A stretch of 63,646 nucleotides of DNA, counting the filler, from Klebsormidium nitens (taxonomy: Eukaryota; Plantae; Klebsormidiophyceae): assembly GCA_000708835.1 (NCBI GenBank). It is 4 parts of 4 records of this genome, joined end to end, with 100 filler letters (N's around TTAATTAATTAA, not from the genome) between each part and the next. Parts side by side here need not be neighbours in the genome. Positions count along the whole stretch, not along the records: positions 28,386 to 48,545 come from DF237921.1; positions 48,646 to 61,333 come from DF238087.1; 2 more parts are not named here. One strand, given 5' to 3'. A model generated the notes under the pieces. The model was given only the letters and a program-made list of their open reading frames with translations. It ran no database searches and was not told the origin of the DNA. Made by a program: the position numbers and the translations under genes. Shown here piece after piece: positions 47,736 to 55,996 of the stretch (position 1 is its first letter; each line of letters starts with the position of its first letter).

Positions 47736-47942
47736 AGAAGCGGGTTAGTGGGCGGGTTGATGAGCGGGTTAATCAGCGGGTTAATGAGTGGGTCTCAGGT
47801 ATTCAGGGAAGGGATGAGGTAAGATGTTGAGCACGGAGTAGCAGGTGAGGAAGCAGACGGTCACCAGGGGGGCAACCTGTCGGAGTTAATGAGCGGGTTA
47901 ATGGGTCGATTTGAGCGGGTTAACGAGCGGGTTCATGAGCAA
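47736..47942. repeat. 12-mer AATGAGCGGGTT-like microrepeats flanking a duplicated acceptor
   Basis: About nine GCGGGTT/GTGGG cores in two clusters (47736-47792 and 47884-47940). Confidence 0.75.
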
Positions 47943-48545
47943 CTTTCAGAAACTTAGGGGGAGAGATTGTGATGTGCAAGTTTGAGCAGGGAAAGCTAAA
48001 GACGGTTGCTTACGGGGCCTCCTGAAGCAAGCACGAAAAGACTAACAGCTGACAGGATTGATGTGAGAGGGGGTGGAGACGGAACAAGAACGGACGGTTG
48101 CTCGGGCCACTTGCAGAGGGAAGAAAAGAGAGGGAGGGGCTTAATAGGAGAGATTGAGGGGTGAAAAGGGAAAACAAGATAAGGGCGACAATAATCGCGA
48201 TGGGGGAGGCCTGCGGGGCCTGAAAGCGAGGGGAAAATCAAGGAGACGTTACCAAGACAATCCTGGTAAGCACTGAATCTTAGAAGTGGAACAGAGTGAG
48301 ACAATCAATGACAAACAAGTGTTCAGGGGAAGGGACTGAGAACAGTATAGATTTGTAAGCCTAGGTGAGGCGAGGTCAAGCAACGGGCGTTGATTTGCAA
48401 TGGTCAAGCAAGCTTACTCGGACGTCAAGCGAGCAGTGGAAACGAGCGCCGATAAAACGAGTAAGCGGAATTTGAACGAAGTCACTTCGTGCATCAAAAC
48501 AATGCCTAGGACGGGATTATCGAGAGTCAATAGGAGCTGGACACT

Positions 48546-48645
48546 NNNNNNNNNNNNNNNNNNNNNNNNNNNNNNNNNNNNNNNNNNNNTTAATTAATTA
48601 ANNNNNNNNNNNNNNNNNNNNNNNNNNNNNNNNNNNNNNNNNNNN
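48546..48645. other. Artificial scaffold-joining spacer
   Basis: 100 nt, TTAATTAATTAA at 48590-48601 within Ns. Confidence 0.97.
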
Positions 48646-48649
48646 CCGG

Positions 48650-50170
48650 CCGAAGGGTTTCAGGGATTCAGGATTCAGATGGACCCTGAATGAACCTGAT
48701 GGAAATTTGAATGTTCTTTCATTCGTGGTTTACCGTTTAATACGTTGAACGCTGAATGTGAAACGCAAGATTAAAAGAGGAAATATAAGGTCAAGAATGC
48801 AGCTAAAATAAGAATGAATTCCGAAATGCTAAATACCATTTCGACTCCCGGGTGCGCAGACCAAAATGTTGTAAATTCTCGTATACCGTATATGTACACA
48901 AGATACTCACAACACAGACCCGAAACAATGCTACCGGTATTAAAACGCAAATAAATACCGTAGCAATTTATAACTACCGGAGGTACGGGTTAGGTACATT
49001 GAGTCAGAAGTTGAAAAACAGACCGTAAGTACACCTTGTCGGCATTTCGTTTTGTCTGTAGTAAACATTGGTCGACAGTCTGACGCAATATCTCGTGTTG
49101 TGTCAAAATCCAGTGTACTTACTCCGCACTCCTCTGGCTCTGCCCCGGGGCTCAAAATGAGACCACAGGCTACAGAAAGCGCCCGGTCATAGACACGGCG
49201 CCAGGGTACATTCAGGGTCCTCCTGAACCTTGAATCGATGAACACCCGGAACTTGGCCCCTCCGGTCACCGCTTACGACTTTGGAAAAGTACCAGGCCGA
49301 TCCATTCAGGGGCTTTTTGGCAATGCCAGCAGACGCCGTCAGGCGTGGCATTGCCTTGTATTGCCCCTGTTCGTCCTCTCCCGATTCCGCCTCCACAATC
49401 CATTGCCGGTCAACATTTTAATTTCAACGACAGTTCTACAAAGAAGTTTTGAAGTTCGCAACTCCGTAACTTTCCAGGAATCGGAAGCCAGGAACTTGCA
49501 ACAAGCTCAAGAACTTCTGCACCCGCCGGTACGGTTGCACCGGCCCCCCTGCCAGGTTGAATTAGAACCCCAGCTGTGCCCGGGGGAACGAAACATCTTG
49601 CGCCGGCCACAGCGACACGGATTTGTACCGGGCCCGCTCGTATCTAGAATGAGACGAATTTCTCACAGGGGATGGAGCTGAACATTGCCATTTTTCGCGA
49701 TTGATAAATCGCCCCCAGAACTTGTCAGGTTCGTCCTGAACCCTGAAAGTCTGAACATCCGGAACCTACCCTCCCGGTCCCCGGTACCCGCATTGGAACA
49801 GCACTGGGAGGTTTCATTCAGGGTTCATACAAGTTCTTTCTGAACACTGAATTTCTGAACTCCCATAACGTGCTCCCGGTTAGCCCTGGTGCCCGCTCTG
49901 AAAATGCCACCGGGCGGCTCGGTTCAGGGGTCATTCAGGTTCCTCCTGAACCCTGAACCCCTGAAGACCCTAAACCCGCCCCCGGGGCCGGGGCCCTGCC
50001 GGTCACTTTCAGTTCAGGGTTCATTCAGGTTCCTCCTGAACCCTGAACCCCTGAACATCCCGAACCCGCCCTCGGGGCCGGGGCCCTGGCGGGCGGCGCC
50101 GGGCGCTTTCGGTTTAGGGTTCATTCAGGTTCCTTCTGAACCCTGAACCGCCCGGGACTACCCTGAGCCT
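48650..50170. repeat. Dispersed and tandem dyad motif TTCAGGGTTCA-N13-TGAACCCTGAA, probably subterminal repeats of a DNA transposon
   Basis: Clear copies near 49923, 50013 and 50113; degenerate copies near 48655, 49203, 49725 and 49815. Confidence 0.7.
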
Positions 50171-50257
50171 GTAAATAAAGTTTGAATGTAAGGCTGCCGC
50201 CCCCCCGAGCCCCCCCGCTCCCTCCTCTCGAGGTCTTGGGCTACGCGAAGTCGATAT

Positions 50258-50608
50258 GGGGATTCCGGTACGCGACCGACCCGGATTTTGGAGATTCTTA
50301 TACAAGTGACATAAAATAAGGTGAAATGTGCTAGGATACGCAGCATTTTTGCACTCCCCTTTCCCTCATATTGCTTCAAGATGCCAAGATGTGCTGAGAG
50401 AAGCTTGACCTTTTTAGCGAGATTGATCCCCGGTTGTCATCGAACCACTGATTTGCGGCCAAAAACACCCCGCCAATACCGGATTCAACATTTTTGAAGC
50501 ATTTATTTCATAAATTGAACATTGTACTGCCAATAAGGGCCAACATGTTATTTATTGTTTTCTGCCGACCGACCGACTCACCCCCGAAGGGGGTGGACCG
50601 GAATCCCC
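50258..50608. mobile_element. Non-autonomous TIR element (MITE), possibly PHIS/ISL2EU-like
   Basis: Perfect 12-bp TIR GGGGATTCCGGT (50258) / ACCGGAATCCCC (50597-50608), with AT on both sides (50256-57 and 50609-10). Confidence 0.6.
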
Positions 50609-50618
50609 ATGGGCCATA

Positions 50619-51599
50619 TGTTAACTTAGAAAACATGCTCCGCTCATAAAACAGCTACCTACGCGGAAAGCTGCTCTATGATGTCACGCGCAAGAGCATT
50701 TGGTCCGGGGACCATGCAGCATGTGTCGGGAGCCTAGAATAATGCAAGATTCAGCTGAGAGCTCGAAGAAGCTGCCATGCAATCAGCTATAAGACCGCCG
50801 CGAAGCTGCGTCATGCGTCTATCGGCTCCCATGAAAGATGAATGTAAGACGGCGGAATGATAAGATGAAACAAGTCACCAAAGCACCCATTTATTCCACC
50901 AGAAAACTTGCACCGGAGCGCGCCACAGAAGCTCCTCTGTTTCACGCTCCCTAATCTAGGTGTCCTGATGTTCTGCTTTCGAGTCTCTTATGTCATCGTC
51001 GACTGATCGAATCGACTTCTGGCTGGCTAATGTTCAGTTTACAAGACTTCGACGACTCTATTTATATACCGTCACCTCTGTCTCTTTCCTTGTCTCTTTC
51101 CTGGACGGACGACCAAAGTCGGTCAAGCCAAGTCCCTCGTTTGATTTCCAAGTTTACATGCACGGTCTAACAACTACGACTCCTTTCTTTTGTACACGAA
51201 CTGAGACCCGGATGCATCTGTAACGGACAATCTGTTTACAAGCTTCGCATATCATCCCCCCATTTGCCTTTCACTATCTAACCCGACAACAAACGGTACC
51301 TCTAACCCGGATCCAAATTCGTCTTTTCCTACGGCTCATGCAAGCTACTCCGTCTCTCAGTCTGGCTTGTGCTGGCCCGCCGCCTTCGTGCCCGGTCGTA
51401 GCATCGTAAGCAGGAAAGAGCCCGGCCGCTCATAAGACAATCGGAAAATCATAAGCTATGTCGCTCACTGCCCATAAGCTATCGTTCCATGATAAGAAAT
51501 GACACAAGCTGCCCATAAGCGATGAGGTCTCGGATGCTCCGGAATCAGGACGAAAGGCAGTAGCAAGTTTTTAGGAGGTAGGAAATTTCTAAGTTAACA
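50619..51599 (-). repeat. 3' LTR (981 bp)
   Basis: 50629-51599 matches 54329-55299 at offset 3700. It carries 10 extra terminal nt (50619-50628). Confidence 0.95.
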
Positions 51600-51607
51600 G
51601 CTGTTAA

Positions 51608-51618
51608 CTCCCCCCACC
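51608..51618 (-). other. Polypurine tract
   Basis: GGTGGGGGGAG on the minus strand, 8 nt upstream of the TG of the 3' LTR. Confidence 0.75.
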
Positions 51619-51827
51619 GAAGAAAGAGCGCGACCCCGCGCGAGAAAACGTTTGTCAGAACCGAGATCAAAGAACTTGAAGCGGTTAGCCGTAAAACTTG
51701 TAAGCCGTGACTCCTAGCACGTTGAGATCGAGACGAAACGAGTACAGAAAAGATGGTGACGTCAATCGAAGCTCGGAAAGCTAACGAAAAGCATGAAGTG
51801 ACAGCAAGACCTGTTTGAGGCTCCGTG

Positions 51828-53129
51828 TCACCACCATTTCTTGATGAATGCACCGCACAGAAGGCAAACAAGATCCTGAGCTCGGCCGTGCAGAGATGGA
51901 TGCCCACATGCTTTCTGTGAAGAAGTAGCTCGTTCAGGATCCAAGAGCTGTAGCTTAGAGCTGGATTCTTTGAAGACTTTGCAAGTAATTTGCTGATTGT
52001 GTGAGGAAGTTGAGGAAGTTGAAGTTGTATCGACCAAAGGAGTTGGATTTGATTGCGAAGTCAGTTTGAAGTTTTCCGTCTGAAGGCAATTCGAAGAATG
52101 GAAACGCCAGCGCTTACAGCAGGCAAGATACATTGTAGCCGCACGACCTGGACACTCTCGTACTTTATGACCAAACGTTAAGCACCGCGGGCACCGGGTA
52201 AGTCTCTTCGACCCGTCATCATTAGAAGAGTAACGATCCAACTTAGGCGGTACAAAGCAGGAAGCTCCAGGAGACGCATCAAGATTTCTGAAGCGGCAAG
52301 ATACGGAATGTTTCTGCCATCGACGGCAGCACGGGAGGAAAATGGTTCTAGCTTCGTTGGGACACGCTCGAAGTTGATGACCAGCTTGCAAGCACCGAGG
52401 ACAGGACGTGATACCTTGGTAGGAAGAAGACTTGGTGATTTCACCAACAGACGAAGAAAAAGAAGAGGACTCCGACTCCTCAGAACAGATTGTATCCGCA
52501 GCAAAGTTTGAGGTTTGTGTACCGTCTTGCTCTAATTCGAGAGCGGACTGAAAAAGTGAATCTTCTATTCCCTGACGGTTGAGATTACCCACCTGCTCTT
52601 GAAGATGGGATGACGTGTCTTCCACCGTTCCAGGTTTCTTTTGCAGAGGCGGACGCGGCTCTTCCAGTACGGCTTCTTGATCGATGTAGTCAGACATTGA
52701 CGGTCCAGCACGGAAGCTTTCAGAAGACTGATTTGTTTCTGACATTGAAGGGATCGGCAAACCAATCGAAGTCCAATCAATTTCAAGAAGACGGTTGAGC
52801 TCCGCTTCGTTTTCTTCTGTCCAATCAATGTTCCTGGAAGAATGATCTGGAAGATCGTGCATAAAATCCGAAGAAAACGAAGCAAGTGTCGAAGAAGGCT
52901 TTGCAGCAAGTTGCTCTTCTATGCTAGTGATGCGTTTCTCCTGAGAATCTTGACGCTGCTTGATCTTCTCGATCTCGTCATTGATAGCTGCAAAACCTCT
53001 CCGCAACGAAGCATTTGAGGATTGGAGTTGCAAGTCCAGTCGTTCCACTTCCAAAAGAAGAGTTGAAACAGCAGCGGGTAAATCGAAAGAAGATCCCGTC
53101 TCAAAGAATATTGATTGTGACTCAGCCAT
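51828..53129 (-). CDS. Retroelement ORF (~430 aa): coiled coil + acidic linker + two CCHC zinc knuckles; gag/nucleocapsid-like
   Basis: CPRCLQAGHQLRAC and CPRCLTFGHKVREC (C-x2-C-x4-H-x4-C); heptad-rich N-terminus LLLEVERLDLQL...RITSIEEQL; lies between the LTRs, in PBS/PPT orientation. Confidence 0.8.
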   Translation of the reverse strand: MAESQSIFFETGSSFDLPAAVSTLLLEVERLDLQLQSSNASLRRGFAAINDEIEKIKQRQDSQEKRITSIEEQLAAKPSSTLASFSSDFMHDLPDHSSRNIDWTEENEAELNRLLEIDWTSIGLPIPSMSETNQSSESFRAGPSMSDYIDQEAVLEEPRPPLQKKPGTVEDTSSHLQEQVGNLNRQGIEDSLFQSALELEQDGTQTSNFAADTICSEESESSSFSSSVGEITKSSSYQGITSCPRCLQAGHQLRACPNEARTIFLPCCRRWQKHSVSCRFRNLDASPGASCFVPPKLDRYSSNDDGSKRLTRCPRCLTFGHKVRECPGRAATMYLACCKRWRFHSSNCLQTENFKLTSQSNPTPLVDTTSTSSTSSHNQQITCKVFKESSSKLQLLDPERATSSQKACGHPSLHGRAQDLVCLLCGAFIKKWW

Positions 53130-54310
53130 AAGGTTCACTCAAATATCAACAGAAGACGAAGCTGGCGTGGACGTCTCTCTCAATCCGTGGTTTAAGCTCC
53201 AATCCCAGGGGGGTCCAAGAGATGATGATTCTGATGTCCTTTCACCAAAAGAGACCGAGATCGGAAGATCCGAATACGCAGAATGGATATCGAAGTTGAC
53301 ATCAAAAGTCCCAAAGTGTATGGTGATCAGATTGATACACCAAGAAGAAACAAACCAATTTTCGCAGTCCTTTTCAGTGCTCAGAAATCAAAACGTGTTA
53401 TCAATCTCATCGAAACCACCAATGAAGGAACCCACTCTTCTCTCCAAGAAATCAATCTCAGATAGCGGGATCAGCCACCCAATAAATCAATGGTGCATGA
53501 TAAGCCACATGCGAAGCAGGATAAGACACCTGCTAAATTGCTGGTTTCCCTGAGATATGCCGGCAGCCCAGAGAAAACAGAAACGTTTGAGAGCGCGGGA
53601 TAAGCCACCCGCACTAAATCTTCTCCCGGATAAGCCACCAGGAGAGTAATCTTTGATGCAAGATAAGACACTTGCAGCAAACTCCCGCTCATGCACCGGA
53701 TAAGCCACCAGCTTATGAACAGGAGCTATCAAATTATCAAAGTATCAATGTATTAAATCATCACAGCATCGAAACATCGAAAATCTATTGAGCCTGCTTC
53801 TCTGGCTTTTCATATCGAAGCAGGATGATTGACATGCACCATGCTATTGCTTAGATCTGACTGCACCCTGAGAAATATTCATGAGAATCAAAAGTCTTCC
53901 AATCTAGAAAACGATAGCACACACCAAAATCATCGAAGTCAGATGTACTCACCCGTTCTGCACATTGCTCAGATTATTCATCGAAGAGTCCAGAAATCGA
54001 GTCAAAGAAAAATTGCCATGCAAAGAGCCAGGCCACCAACCTTTGTTCTTCCCGCATTGCTGGCATTTGCTCACTTTCACCGCATTGCCCCCTGCTTTGT
54101 GACCAATCTGCTCTTTTGAAATTCGGGAGACAAAGATTTTCTGATTCCTCCCCTTGCTTCGGACTCAGTCTTCAGCTCCATGCCATCCCACGAAAGCACC
54201 TCTCAATCTCAATTTCTCAGAACTGTTCTTTGCTGCTGATGCACTTTCGGGCGTCCCCTGTCAGAAAGTCTCCCCAAGCTGAGCGTATGAGGACGCTCAA
54301 CTACTGCATG

Positions 54311-54328
54311 TCCCCGGCATCGGCGCCA
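54311..54328 (-). other. Primer-binding site complementary to tRNA-Asp
   Basis: Minus strand TGGCGCCGATGCCGGGGA. The plus strand TCCCCGGCATCGGCGCCA differs at one base from the plant tRNA-Asp(GUC) 3' end TCCCCGGCAACGGCGCCA (recalled sequence). Confidence 0.85.
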
Positions 54329-55299
54329 GAAAACATGCTCCGCTCATAAAACAGCTACCTACGCGGAAAGCTGCTCTATGATGTCACGCGCAAGAGCATT
54401 TGGTCCGGGGACCATGCAGCATGTGTCGGGAGCCTAGAATAATGCAAGATTCAGCTGAGAGCTCGAAGAAGCTGCCATGCAATCAGCTATAAGACCGCCG
54501 CGAAGCTGCGTCATGCGTCTATCGGCTCCCATGAAAGATGAATGTAAGACGGCGGAATGATAAGATGAAACAAGTCACCAAAGCACCCATTTATTCCACC
54601 AGAAAACTTGCACCGGAGCGCGCCACAGAAGCTCCTCTGTTTCACGCTCCCTAATCTAGGTGTCCTGATGTTCTGCTTTCGAGTCTCTTATGTCATCGTC
54701 GACTGATCGAATCGACTTCTGGCTGGCTAATGTTCAGTTTACAAGACTTCGACGACTCTATTTATATACCGTCACCTCTGTCTCTTTCCTTGTCTCTTTC
54801 CTGGACGGACGACCAAAGTCGGTCAAGCCAAGTCCCTCGTTTGATTTCCAAGTTTACATGCACGGTCTAACAACTACGACTCCTTTCTTTTGTACACGAA
54901 CTGAGACCCGGATGCATCTGTAACGGACAATCTGTTTACAAGCTTCGCATATCATCCCCCCATTTGCCTTTTACTATCTAACCCGACAACAAACGGTACC
55001 TCTAACCCGGATCCAAATTCGTCTTTTCCTACGGCTCATGCAAGCTACTCCGTCTCTCAGTCTGGCTTGTGCTGGCCCGCCGCCTTCGTGCCCGGTCGTA
55101 GCATCATAAGCAGGAAAGAGCCCGGCCGCTCATAAGACAATCGGAAAATCATAAGCTATGTCGCTCATTGCCCATAAGCTATCGTTCCATGATAAGAAAT
55201 GACACAAGCTGCCCATAAGCGATGAGGTCTCGGATGCTCCGGAATCAGGACGAAAGGCAGTAGCAAGTTTTTAGGAGGTAGGAAATTTCTAAGTTAACA
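54329..55299 (-). repeat. 5' LTR (971 bp)
   Basis: Direct repeat of 50629-51599. Differences seen: 51272 C/54972 T, 51406 G/55106 A, 51468 C/55168 T. Confidence 0.95.
54758..54768 (-). promoter_or_regulatory. Probable TATA box of the LTR promoter
   Basis: TATATAAATAG on the minus strand, in mid-LTR (twin at 51058-51068). Confidence 0.6.
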
Positions 55300-55465
55300 C
55301 ATATCAACTTCGCGTAGCCTTAGCGTCGTTGCACGAAAGTGGACCATTATTTGATATATGGGGTTTCCGGTCCACCCCCTTCGGGGGTGGGTCGGTCGGT
55401 CGGCGTAAAACAATATATGTTCTAAAGTCGGCCGGATCTGCCACGTCATCTGCTTTAGTTCTAGC

Positions 55466-55996
55466 CAGTGTTTCCACTGGGGGCCCGCCACCAGCCATTA
55501 TCGCCCCCAATGGCCAATATCATCCCCCAATAGGAGGGCCTTGGGGGCCTAACGGGCCCCCAATGCTCGAAGCGAGGGGGCCCCAAAGAGCGTTGTGAGG
55601 AGGCCCTTTTGCCCCCATTCATCGGTGTGAGTGTCATGAGGGGGCCCATGCTTACGAAATTTCTTTCTAATATAGGGACATTTTTGAGTTTTTACACAAT
55701 ACTCCTTGTTAAAATGGAGCAGAAAGAGGGCAATATTTCAATATTGCCCGTCTTATCTCCTAGGGGGTTTTAGGAAGCAGAATGGCCCTTCAGCCCCCTA
55801 TTTTGGTTATAATTGCTCTACAAAGTCCTATGCAATCGAATAGGGGGCGATTTTTGCCCGACTTTAGGCCCCCAATCAGAGCCTCGAGGGGGCCCGTGGG
55901 CCCCCAATGTGGAGGGTGAGGGGGCCCACCGGGCCCCCAAAGAACAGGCCCAGAGGGCCCGAGGGCCACCAATCGAAAGAGTTAGCGGAAACACTG
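55466..55996. mobile_element. hAT-family MITE, 531 bp
   Basis: TIR CAGTGTTTCC(A/G)CT (13 bp, 1 mismatch); perfect 8-bp TSD GTTCTAGC at 55458-65 and 55997-56004; many GGGCCC/GGCCCC subterminal motifs. Confidence 0.9.

Larger units (their letters stand above)
50619..55299 (-). mobile_element. Young non-autonomous LTR retroelement (Ty3/gypsy-like; no RT/RNaseH/integrase)
   Basis: TG...CA ends; 14-bp terminal inverted repeat TGTTAACTTAGAAA; 4-bp TSD CATA (50615-18 and 55300-03); 971-bp direct repeats with only 3 differences seen; PBS and PPT correctly placed for minus orientation; internal zinc-knuckle ORF. Confidence 0.93.
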
